Below, piece by piece: positions 45,240 to 56,282 of a DNA stretch of 64,000 bases; within the stretch, counting starts at the first letter, position 1; each line of letters opens with the position of its first letter. The stretch comes from the human T2T-CHM13v2.0 reference genome, Homo sapiens. A program made the translations under genes and the position numbers. The DNA lies in the NCBI RefSeq assembly GCF_009914755.1, contig NC_060942.1. One strand, 5' to 3'. The notes beneath the pieces are model-generated. The model searched no databases. It saw only the letters and a program-made list of their open reading frames with translations, and was not told the DNA's origin.

Positions 45240-45400
45240 AATATGAGCCCTCTATAGTACTTATGTGTCAATTTGTGTTTTCATTGAATCCTGGACACAG
45301 CCCACTTTGAGGCAGGTAGTGTCATCCCCTTCTCCAGATGAGGAGGCTGAGGCTTGGTGCCTTTATTTCCTGGCCTATGGTCACATGATGGATGGTGACA
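45240..45400 (-). mobile_element. MIR
   Basis: 'ttcattgaatcct...gaggcaggtagtgtcatccccttctccagatgaggaggctgaggc'. Confidence 0.7.
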
Positions 45401-45906
45401 GCTTTGCTCTTGCTGGCTGATGCCCGCAGATACAGATAGGACTTAGGGAACTCACCAGTGACTAAGGCTAGGATCACATCTGCACATCCCAGAAGCCTGC
45501 ACCGTGAGTTTGTAATCATCATTTGTCAAGGTGGGTGTCACAGCCTTCAACATCTCAGGGTTTGTATGTGATTTAGTGAAGTTGCTCAAACTTCCAGTCC
45601 AAGATCTACTTATGTTTGTGGTTCACAGGATTGTATGTAAAAGTGTCAAACCTTTGTCAATGCTTTAGGCCCGTCAATGATCAAAGAATAAGTTAATGAG
45701 ATTTACTGTAAAATGTTAAAAATTACAAATCCTTCCCAATTTTAATAGCAAAATGGGAAGTAGAGGGTGTGTACTATTTAATTCTTTATCTTTAAAGCAG
45801 AGTGTCTGTGGGTGATCTCTATGTAATATGCTTACATTCTGGGGCTCAGAGCCACCTACCAGATTGCTTTTGTTAATCGTTATTTTCTGTCCCTTTTCCT
45901 TTGCAG

Positions 45907-45983
45907 ACGATCATTCCCGAGTGAGGCTGCAGACAATAGAAGGAGACACAAACTCAGACTATATCAATGGCAATTATATCGAT
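45907..45983 (+). CDS. PTPRM: PTPRM coding exon (77 nt, phase 1 to 0): (Y)DHSRVRLQTIEGDTNSDYINGNYID; PTP motifs 2 and 3
   Basis: Strong polypyrimidine acceptor ttttctgtcccttttcctttgcag|AC, donor GAT|gtatgt; peptide visible in ORF 45828..46016; DxxRVxL and DYINxN motifs. Confidence 0.98.
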
Positions 45984-45990
45984 GTATGTA

Positions 45991-46090
45991 TTTTATTATT
46001 TTTAATTGATATATAATTGTTGTACATATTTGGGTGCTATGTATGATATTTTGATACATGTATACAATGCATAATGATTAAATCAGAGTA
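45991..46090 (-). mobile_element. Short L1MA-like 3' end fragment
   Basis: 'ttttaattgatatataattgttgtacatattt...tgatattttgatacatgtatacaatgcataatgattaaatcagagta' is an antisense L1MA 3' terminus. Confidence 0.75.
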
Positions 46091-47669
46091 TAAAACTCAG
46101 TAAACCCAACCATTCTGACATGTACCAGATTGTGTGTCTGCTGAACGATTGTTGGACATACATTGGGCTCAATCTAAAAGCAAACACATGAATATTACCC
46201 TGCACACCACAGAACTTAACAGTGAAGACACGGTCACTCCTTTTCTCAAGGTAGCCCATTCGTTGGTGAATTTCTCTGTAACATTCTATGCCTTCTTTGC
46301 CATCTCATGCTTATGTGGACTAAGAAAATGTTATTTCCATTTTTTTGTCAACAACTCATATTATTCGACACTTAAAAAATTTGTTTGCATATTAATGGGA
46401 CAAAACTCTCTAATTCCTAATACGGCGATTTGCAATCCCTTGTCATCACTGCACTTTTAAGTTGTCTTCAAAGTAGTCTGCATCTGTTCACCAGGACTTC
46501 TAATGCAAGCAAGACATGTCATTAAATATGTAGGCTGTTTAATTATTGAAGACTGCCTCTTTGTTCATTCTGCATCATGTTAACTTAATGTTTTACATTA
46601 GAATAAATTCTTTAGGAGACAGCATGTTTTCAGTTGAAAGAATGAATGAAATCAAAAGTAGACTGAAAAATCAAGGGAAAGTTGCTGTTACCTCCAAGGC
46701 CCGAGTTTATATTAAACAGATTTCTGCTCCCTTGTGGTTCCGAAGGCATACTCTGTGCTTGGCCTTCACACTATTGCTTAGTCTATCAGTACTTCCATAG
46801 ACAGGATTGATCCATATATATGGATTGTTTTGCTTCTTGATTGAATATTACTGAGATGCTACTAAAAGTAAATAGCATCACAATCTCTAAGAAAGTTATC
46901 TAAAAATAACTATGAGAATGTTATCTTTAGTGCTAATTAGACAGATTTGGCATTTTCAGTTATAGATTTTTGGGTAGGGACTGGGGTATGATTATTTCAA
47001 GAATAGTTCATCTCTCATTCATCAAACGAAGACCCCTGCACTATTTTGATAACAACCAAAACCATACCCTCTCCAGGTTCCATTTATTTTTTATTAAAGC
47101 AAGCTTTCTTCATAAGGTGCATTGCACTTACTCTTTTAATCAGCACATGTTTAGTGAGAACCTCATGGGAGTACTCAGATGTTCCAGACCAGTTATCTCC
47201 TCCTCACAGTCTCCCAACTCAGAAGCTGAGAAGCTGAAATATGAGTGTCTTATCCAGTCCACTTACCTCCAGGCCAACTGTAGCACACCTTCCCTTGAGA
47301 GGCTCCAGGGGACACCGTTCACACTCCAGTCCCAGCTCCTGCAGTCTCTACTGGGTCCTTGAGTACAGGGACAGTGTCCTAGGCATCTTACTTCCCCTGC
47401 ACCTGGCACATGCCTGAATATAGAGAGCCCTTAGTAAGTGTTTCATGAAACACCCACTGAAGGAGTCATTGTGATCAGATTAGGCATCATAGAGGATGTA
47501 ATTTGAATAAGCTTTAACCGGTGAGTAAGTGGAAATGCAGGAGAGAAGATATTCCAGCTCAAGGAGGTCACATACATGAGCAAGGCTATAAAGTAATGAA
47601 AAGACTGGATTACTGAGTTTGAATTGTATTTTAAGAGAGAAGAGCCAATACTGAGGGCCTCTTTATTCT

Positions 47670-48900
47670 CTTAGTCAATAGATCTTATTGAGTACTTGTG
47701 CGTTATTTACCTTTCTAGGTGCTAGCAGAAAAACTGTGAACCGTTCAAACCAAAACCAAAAAAACCTCTGACCCAGTGGAGCTGCTGTTCTAATTAGGAG
47801 AAATGGGCAATAAATTAAAAAGTTAATTCTGTATGGTCAATTAGAAAGTTGTATGTACTGCAGAGAAAACTAAAGCCGTAAAGGGGGACTCGGAGCGCCA
47901 GACCTGGAGGCCCTGATGGCAATTTTGAATCGAGTGGCTCAGTCCCACTGAGAAGGTAGCAAGTGAGCAAGGAAGACAAGGGGTTGAGCTATATAGATAC
48001 CTGGAAGAAGAGCATTCTGGGCTGAGAAACGGCCCAAGCAAAGGCCTTGTTGTGGAATTTGTGCCTGGCGATTTTGAAGAAAAGCAAGCAGGCAATCATT
48101 GGCATGGTGTATGGGGGCCTCCGGAGTTCCATGATATGGGGAGAGGTCATGGGCCAGGTCAGGTCCACAGTTGTAAGGACTTTGGCTTTTACTGTGAGTG
48201 AGATGGGCAGTCGTTAGAGGTATCTGAGTAAAGCCGTGATCTGGCTGCTGGGAGGGAAGTGAACTGCACTTGGCCAGGAGAGGAAGCAAAGAAGCCTGCT
48301 ATGTGGCTGTGGGAATCATCAGAGAGGTGGCAGTGGAGGTGAGAAATGGCGAGACCCTTGAGCTGCATTGAAGGTAGAGCCAGTAGGATTTGCTGGCAGA
48401 TTGGCTACGGGGTTCAGGAGGGAGAGAGGGGTCAAGGATGCTGAGGAGAAGATGGTGTGTGGAACAGATTCAGGTAGGGGTTAGGGAGGAAATGAGGAGT
48501 TCAGTCTTAGGTGTGTGAAGCTTTAAATATATATTAGACCTCCCAGTGGAGGTGTTGAGCAGGCAGTGGGTATGCATCAAAATTCCCAGGAAAAGGTCTA
48601 GGCTGGAAACAAGAATATAGGATTCATCAGTGTACAGACGAGCTTGAAGGCCATGGGGCTGGAGGAGCTCACTCAGAGAATGAGAGCAGATGGAGGAAAA
48701 TGTCCAACAACCAGGCCTTCCACATCAAGTTGAAAAGGGAGAACCAGCCAATGAAATTGAGAACAAGCGGCCAGGGAGGTAGGTAGGAAGAAAACCAGGA
48801 GAGTCACATCATGGAACCAGGGAAGAAAGCATTTTAAGGGGATTGATTATACTCATGCTGCCGATGGCCAAGTAGATAAGGACTGAGAAATGATGGTGAT
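47670..48900 (-). mobile_element. LINE-2 fragment
   Basis: 'ttattgagtacttg...ctaggtgct...gtaaggactttggcttttact...ttgaaggtagagccagtaggatttgctggcagattgg...gagttcagtcttagg'. Confidence 0.82.
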
Positions 48901-49409
48901 GTTCAGCAATACAGGCCACTGTGGACTCTCTGGGTGACTTCACCATCAGATGAGTCCCTCCTAACTACTGGGCACCTTGTTAGGCCCTCGGACATATAGT
49001 ATGGATAAGTCAAGCAAGGTTGTTGCCCTTGTGGGACTTAGCAGCCAGTGAGAAATGAGTGATGGTCTAAAGAGTTCTATTTAATATTGGTCATGGCTCT
49101 ATAATTTGAGACCTACAGCAAGTCAATTGTATAAAAGAATGTGTTTGCTTTTGTTGTTCATTGTTTTCAACTTGTTTTTAAGGGCAAAATGATCTAACAT
49201 GTGCATTTAAGTTATCTGAGAAATCTGAGTTTTCTCTTCAAGTTTCTTTTTTCTGTTTTCCAACCAGTTTTGGGCATGGTATTTTGGGCAATCTTGGGGG
49301 ACAGAAATAGAAAATATTAAGATCCATGGTGATATGTTAGCTGGCTGTAATTTTCTCTGAGTGGATATTTTCTTTCCCAGATAATTATCCTACAATTTTT
49401 TTGTTTCCT

Positions 49410-49721
49410 TCTTTTTTTTTTTTTTTTTTTTTTTTTTTGAGACAGGGTCTCACTTTGTCACCCAGGCTGAAGTACAGTGGTGCAATCTTGGCTCACTGCA
49501 GCCTGGAACCCCTGGGCTTATGCAATCCTCCTGCCTCAGTCCCCAAAGTAGGTGGGACTACAGGTGCATGCCACCACACCTGGCTAATTTTTGTATTTTT
49601 TGTAGAGATGACTTTTTGCCATGTTGTGCAGGCTGGTCTCAAACTCCTAAGCTCAAGCAGTCTGCCTGCCTCAGCCTCCCCAAAGTGCTGGGATCACAGG
49701 CATCAACCACCACACCTGGCC
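49410..49721 (-). mobile_element. Alu (AluJ-like) with a long poly-T
   Basis: Long T tract then gagacagggtctcac...caccacacctggcc. Confidence 0.96.
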
Positions 49722-50301
49722 CTTTTTCTTTGGCCTCAATTTTTATCTGTCTTGTTTCTTATAGGGTCATGATAAAAGGAAGGAATCTTTCAGAACTTCT
49801 GCCTCTTTAAATTCCTGGCCCTTGCTACAGTAGCATGTCATGGTATTAGCAGTGTTTAAGAATGGTTTTGAGGATCACTATTGATATAACTGTCTATACC
49901 AGTATAACAGAATGTGTGTTAAACCCTTGGCATATTGCCAATGACATCCCAAACACAAATGAAATTCTGTTGCAAATTCTCAGCTTGTTTGCACTTTGTA
50001 AGAGTAATGCTCATGTTATTTCAGAGAATCCATAAGTTGTTAGTGTTTCTTGCTCATCCATCATCTCATAGCCAGTTATGATTAAGTTACCCACACCTTT
50101 GGTGCAAGCATCAGAACTGTTGTATTTGATGCGCCTTCACTAATTAAGAGAAACTCAGTGGTGCTGGGTTGGCCATTTAACTTTCAGGTGATGCAGCTAT
50201 TGGCGTTTGTGTGCACATTCCTTTCAGCAAAGTTAGCATGCGACTTATCTGCTGTTTATCGATTTTATGTTTATCAAATATTCTCTTTTATTTATTTTTA
50301 G

Positions 50302-50338
50302 GGTTATCATCGACCCAATCATTACATTGCTACCCAAG
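50302..50338 (+). CDS. PTPRM: PTPRM coding exon (37 nt, phase 0 to 1): GYHRPNHYIATQ(G); PTP motif 4 (YIATQGP)
   Basis: Acceptor ttttatttatttttag|GGT, donor CAAG|gtaagt; in frame with the preceding exon; the next exon (GPMQET...) is not in the window. Confidence 0.97.
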
Positions 50339-50624
50339 GTAAGTTTATTTCTACTTTGTTGTCTTTCTTTGTTTCTTTTGCCCACTTCCTATCATTTTGT
50401 ACCCACTTCACCCTCCTTCAGGAAGATATTGCACATTTATTGCGGTTCTAGCCATCGGCAGGTACACTCTTGCCTTCCCATCAGACATTCTGGTCATGTA
50501 AATCATTTAGTTAGAACTTCATGTTGAGATCATTAGGAGAAATGTGTCCATCAATTCCTTATTGAATTCAATATGTCTACCTTAGGAGTAAGTTGGACAT
50601 TTGCAAAAGTAGATGTATAGATAG

Positions 50625-51200
50625 CCATTCCATCAATATACACCAGCTGCTCTCTACACAGGGAACTGTGCTGGTTGCTGCTGGAGAGCTAGGCTGAATC
50701 CAGCAAGCACCCCCTTCTCACAGTGGTTGTGTTTAGTGGGGAAGATGTGCAGTCACCTGTATGTACTTTAGTAGGTACAGTGGCAGGTGACATCTGTGAG
50801 AGGAACAGATACAGATAAAACATTAGGGATATTTGGAGCAGGAAGGGGTTGCTTTCCGGTGGGATGACTCAAAAACTGTTTTGTGGCAGAGGTGAGATTG
50901 GGAAGAGCCCTTGTGAATGGAGAAACATCATGAGCAAAGATGTGGAAGCAGAAAGTTAGTTCTCCCAGGTGGAAAGCAGCTGGTGGGTCACCTTGGCTAA
51001 AGGAAACAGAAGAGCTAGAGGACATGTTGAGGAAGCTCATGGCAATGGTTTTTGGGTGATTTTCCCAGCGTATGAAGTGGGTCATCTGCAGATGGTGGGG
51101 GTCATGAGGGAGCGAGGTTTTAGAGAATGAGGCATCCTAAAGGATGAGTCAGTGAGTCAATATGGGATGAACTGAAGAAGGAGTAAGAAGCAGAGAAGAC
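50625..51200 (-). mobile_element. LINE-2 fragments
   Basis: 'cattccatcaatat...gggaactgtgctggttgctg...gaggtgagattgggaagagcccttgtgaatgg'. Confidence 0.55.
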
Positions 51201-51549
51201 CCAGCTAAGGCTGAACAGCACATGTTCTCCCCATTTTATTATTTTATCATTGTTTTCGGCAATAGGCTACATCCCAGGAACAGTAGCAGGGAAGTGAAAA
51301 GGATGTGATCTGCCAAAGGTTAGGCATGGGGGCAGGGTGTACACAGACAGTCAGTGACAAGGGAATCAACGATGCCAAGATAATTGGGGTTGGAAAGTCC
51401 AGGCTTGGACGAAGGGCAATCAGAGGTGTCCACTGGACCGTGAGGAGAGGGAAGGAGTTAACAGATTGAGGCTGGGTCCCATTGATGAGTCATAGCTTAG
51501 GAAAAGAGGCAGTTGTAGCCAGAGAGCAGAATTCCAATGCTTGGATCTG

Positions 51550-51742
51550 CCTGTGCAGTAGAACTTTCTGCAGTGGTGGGAATGCTCTCTATCTGCACTG
51601 TCCGATATCATAGCTACAAATCACATGTGGCTCCTGCATACTTGAAATACAGCTACTACAAATGAGGAACTGAATTTTAAATTTTAATATTGATAGAAAT
51701 AGCTACATTTGGTTATTCCCTGTGGTGGCATTGGACAGCAAA
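51550..51742 (+). mobile_element. MER3-like hAT-Charlie MITE
   Basis: 'tagaactttctgcagtggtgggaatgctctctatctgcactgtccgat...cacatgtggct...tgaggaactgaattttaaatttt...attggacagca'. Confidence 0.85.
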
Positions 51743-53942
51743 GCTTTGGGGTGGAAAAGCTCCAGCTATGGCTGAAATGGAGCCACTGTGGAAACTGATC
51801 CTGCCCCATGCCCACAGCCACCCCAAGAACCTGGGTGACACCACACAGAGTCCACAGTCTCACATCACCACTAGGTTACTCTGCACTCAGGTCTAGATGA
51901 CCTGCTGGAGCTCCCACTGTCTTTCATCATCTATGACTTGAAGTTGGTAATGGCTCCTTCCAAGGTCACTTTGCTAGCTAGATGCAAAGTTGTCTGTAGA
52001 GTTTCCAGTATGAACCTGGCACAAAGCAGGCCCTACTACATAGAGGTTGCTGAGGTCTTCAGGAAGCAAGGCTCAGCTTGAGCTCTTACATATGGGATAG
52101 AACAAGGATGCATGTCAGAGTCTGGTCCTAGACATCTCCTAACCCTGCTGCTTCCAAACGGAATTCATCAATGCCGTTAGAGGAACCTGTTGTTAGGGGT
52201 TTGAAATTCATTCTGATGGCTTTCAGAATGTTCTGAATTAAGCCTCACAACATCAGATTTAATACATTCTATGATAATTTGAAATTAACAGTTTTTGTAA
52301 ATTCGTGTGAAAATTTGATTGTAAAATACCCAAAATACTCCCGAGCTTCATTTCTCTCCAATAACTTGATTAGCAAGCTATGTTTTCATAGATAACAAGA
52401 ACATTAAGTTGCTCTTATTTGTATTTTCAATATTGAGGCCCTCTAGATTAAGGTGACTAAACGAACAGCTAAAGTAGAGACTGAAACTGCCAAGTCTAGA
52501 CATGGCTCTTTACCAGGCTTCCTTCCCTTTGTCCATTCTCTCTGCCCCTCTCCCCCTGTAAGAGATTATTCTTTAAAGAGAAATGCCAATAGAGAAGTCA
52601 CTTTCTGCAGAATTCATGTGAGTGATACTTAATAGCTCAGTAACCCTCTCTGGCAGCATTCTAGTGTTAATGAGCAAATGTATTTGTAAGCAGATAAGAA
52701 ATAGCAAATGTCATCAGTTTGCAGTAGACAATCAGTCTGCCCTTAATGGAGAAGGGCATTGACTAATGCCCTGTTTACCAGGTCGTGGCAGCCTTTCCCT
52801 GGTACAAGGTGGGCTGCAGATTGGACTTCTCAAACTGGCAGTACTAACATCACTGCTGGTGGCGGTGCAGGGAGAGGAGGGAAAATGAATGAATATTTTT
52901 AATCTAACATGCAGTCAAGAATATACATATCATATTAAGAATAATACATTCATACCATGATGTTCAGATGAGAAAGCTAGAATCTTCTATTATATACCAG
53001 AAGATAATGGACTAATAGCCTTAGATCACCAGTAATCAAGATCACTGATGATAATCTTCACTAATTGGCATGGACAGGTAGAATATGTTCGTAGATCACC
53101 TTTGTTGAAAAACAAACAAACAAAACATTAATACCTCCAAGAGGCCAACAAAATGGGCAATGAAGACCAACAGGCAGATGCAGTCTTTAAATGTCTTCTT
53201 GCTCTATTTGTCCTGTGTTTTGCACTAACATAATTCTTTAAAATATATTCACAGCAGGAACCTATGAAACTATACAAATGGTGCAATTTGCTGACAACCA
53301 GTTTTACTTCCAAGAGTTAGTAATGCACAGATGTTCATCAAGTTCCTTCAATACAGAGGACATATTATAAATTTAAGTATTGGGTCTCCTCCTCCCATCC
53401 ACCCTCAATTTTATTGATTTTTCTAGCTGTAACTGACTTTGACCTTTGATAATAATGGGTGACGTTTCTGCAAATTGAAAGCATCCCATTCAAGCCAGAT
53501 CTGTTGCTTTTTTAGTATTAATATGTTCTTCCTATCTCCCCTTGGTTTAATTGTCTTCTGTCTGGCCACTAATATATGATGACCCAATATTAACTTCATC
53601 ATGTCTGACTGACCAGACATTAGTGCAACAGTAACATTCAAGATTTATGATTTAGCAAATCAGGGGCTCAAAGGAGAGGAAGTCATGTCCACTACTGCAT
53701 GTCTCTGTATGTAGAGGCAGGGCAGAGTGAAGATTTCAAAAGCAGGCTCAAGTGATGGGCAGAAGAGCATGCAAGTGGGTAGGATTGCCCAGAAGTGATC
53801 GTATTTCACAATCAAAATGCAACCTTGGAGATTATGTGGCCTGCAAGCTGGATGAAGCCACACACATAAGAACCGACTGGATAGAACACCTGCTGGCCTC
53901 ATGGTGGCAGCCATGGGGGCCCTGGATAAGTGTTCTTTTGAT

Positions 53943-54251
53943 TTTTGTTTGGTTTTGTTTAGAGACATGATTTCACTCTGTCACCTAGACTGGAGTGCAG
54001 TAGTGGGATCATAGCTTACTGAAGCATCGAACTCCTGGGCTCATGTAATTCTCCCACCTCAGCCTCCAAAGCATCTAGGACCACAGTTGCACACCATGCC
54101 TGACTAATGTATTTTATTTTATTTTTTGTAGATTTAGGATCTCCCTAAATCTGTGTTGTCCAGGCTGGTCTCAGACTCCTGGGCTCATAGGAGCCTCCCA
54201 CCGTGGCCTCCCAAAGCGCTGGGATTACAGGCATGAGTCATTGCACTCGGC
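53943..54251 (-). mobile_element. Alu (AluJ-like)
   Basis: Antisense dimer; TSD tttgtttggtttt / tttgtttagtttt. Confidence 0.93.
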
Positions 54252-55195
54252 TTTGTTTAGTTTTAATTTTAAAACTTACCTCAAGAGTCAGATAACTCAG
54301 GGAAAGACCATGCAAGGCTGTTACTGAAGAAAGTGCTGTGAGTGTGTTCTAGACATGGCTTGCACAGTCCTGAGCATCCTTCCTCACTTCTAAGTGAGCA
54401 TTTTCCAGAGTCATTTGTGCACCGGGATCCCCCAAGAAAGAGGCTCAGGCCTGGTGTGGTCTTTCCTGTGTACTGCATGCTCACCCCCCAAAACCATATG
54501 GTTAATCCAGATCCAGCCCCTGCTTTCTAAGTTATGATGCTTCTCATGACAACACAATAAAAAGCAAATGTTCGATGATAGTCATGTCTGAAAATACATG
54601 TTAATTATTATTGTCTTCAATGTTGTAACCTGAGCTATAGATTGTTGAGATGCACGCGTTACTTTTTTGAGTTTAGGTGCCTCAATGCCCACTTCATCAT
54701 TTCTTTCTTTCTGAACTGTGCTAATTTGACAGGGTTGACTACCTGATTGGGGTTCCGAACTTAGCCTTCATCTTGCCATATATAGTTTCTTTTTGTCTCC
54801 ATCAGCATTAGCTCTGTACAGCACCCTGTAGAGTCCAGGACTAGAGAGAGGATCTCCAAACAGAAGCCCCCATGCCCACGTGAGAACAGGGAGACGCTTG
54901 TGCCCCCAACCATGTTTTCCATAGGACCGCCCAGCCATGTGCACTCTGGCCCAAATGTCCCTCACCTTTGGAAGACACAGAACTTCCTTCAAAACTAATG
55001 AAATATCAAGATCGTTTCCCCAGAAAGAAAATTTCATTTAAGGTGGTTCATGGACTACCCCCACCCCCCAATTTTACTCATGAATTATAGTAATTCTATG
55101 GACCTCAGGATATGAACTTTACTTTGGTCAGAAACATTAAAAGCTATTTGGGGATAAGACAGAAACCATAGACTTAATTAATCTACTTTTTAAAA

Positions 55196-55236
55196 TTATA
55201 CTTTAAGTTCTGAGGTACATGTGCAGAACATGCAGT
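55196..55236 (-). mobile_element. Ultra-short (~41 bp) L1PA 3' end insertion
   Basis: ttatactttaagttctgaggtacatgtgcagaacatgcagt flanked by the 14-bp direct repeat tctactttttaaaa (55182-55195, 55237-55250). Confidence 0.88.
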
Positions 55237-55744
55237 TCTACTTTTTAAAAAACCATACTTAGGGGTTAACAAAATGTCACAGATTGTTTATAACTATGTG
55301 AAATACATTCCTGAAAGCATCAAAATTTTTACTAACTTTAACAAACTATTACTAAAATGTTTACTAGCCTAACCCTGTAGTAAAATACCCTAGAGTATTG
55401 TTATAATCGTTAGTATTTTGAACCATGGTCAGTTTGGGTTTTACGGTTCATCTCAGGCTGGGTTTTCTGCCTATCTGTTATTTTGCATTCGTGCTGAAAA
55501 GTTTATGCCTTTGCTCACCTTTCAACAATTTTAGCAATTATAATATATTAGAAAATGCTCTCTCTGAATGACAGAGACTAGAGTAGCAGGTCCCATAGCT
55601 GATGTTTATTTTGTAAAAGCAGGATGTAGTAGAAATAACACATGTACCACAGCCAGAAGGCTGGGATCCAAATTCTTGTGCTGTCACAGAAAAGGTATTT
55701 GAACTTCCTAAACTTATTTCAGGTAGAGTCCTGGTGTTTGGTAA

Positions 55745-56000
55745 ATAGTAATAATAGTCAAGACCTTACCATGTGCCAGACAGCATTCCCAGCACTCACA
55801 CATACAGAGCTCATTTCATCTTTACCACAAATATGGGAGATATATGGGATTGTCCCCAATTTATAAATGAGAGGAAAGGAGACAAAGAAACTTGAAATAA
55901 TATGCTCCAAGTCACAGACCTAAAAGTGCAAAGGCCAGATTCAAGTGTAGCCACTGAACTCCAGCATCAAGGCTCCTCCCCACCTCACTATACTGCCTCC
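55745..56000 (-). mobile_element. MIR
   Basis: 'cttaccatgtgccagacagc...ccccaatttataaatgagaggaa...ccaagtcacagac...tatactgcctc'. Confidence 0.78.
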
Positions 56001-56119
56001 CATAGGTGACCTTGGGGATTACTTTAACTCATGTATGTATCAATGCTTAGAGCAATTCCTGGCATGGAGCAAATGCCATGTATGCGTGACCTGTTACTGT
56101 TTTTGAGAAACAGCACAGA

Positions 56120-56275
56120 ATCGCTTAATCATTAGGAACACAGACTCTGGAACTACATTGTCTGAACTCAACCCCCAACCCTGGTTCCTCCATTGGCAAC
56201 TTGTGTGACCTTGGACAAGTTACTTAACATCTCTGTGCTCATCATAAATGAAGATGAAAATAGTCTACCTTGTAG
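56120..56275 (+). mobile_element. MIR, truncated by an L1 insertion
   Basis: 'tgtgtgaccttggacaagttacttaacatctctgtgctc...ataaatgaagatgaaaatagtctacct'. Confidence 0.82.
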
Positions 56276-56282
56276 GGAGCTA

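Noticed and set aside
49230-49285. Strong polypyrimidine tract plus ccag|TTTTGGGCATG|gtattt as a possible microexon
   Set aside because: 11 nt is not frame-preserving in a phase-0 intron and the donor is weak; no other support.
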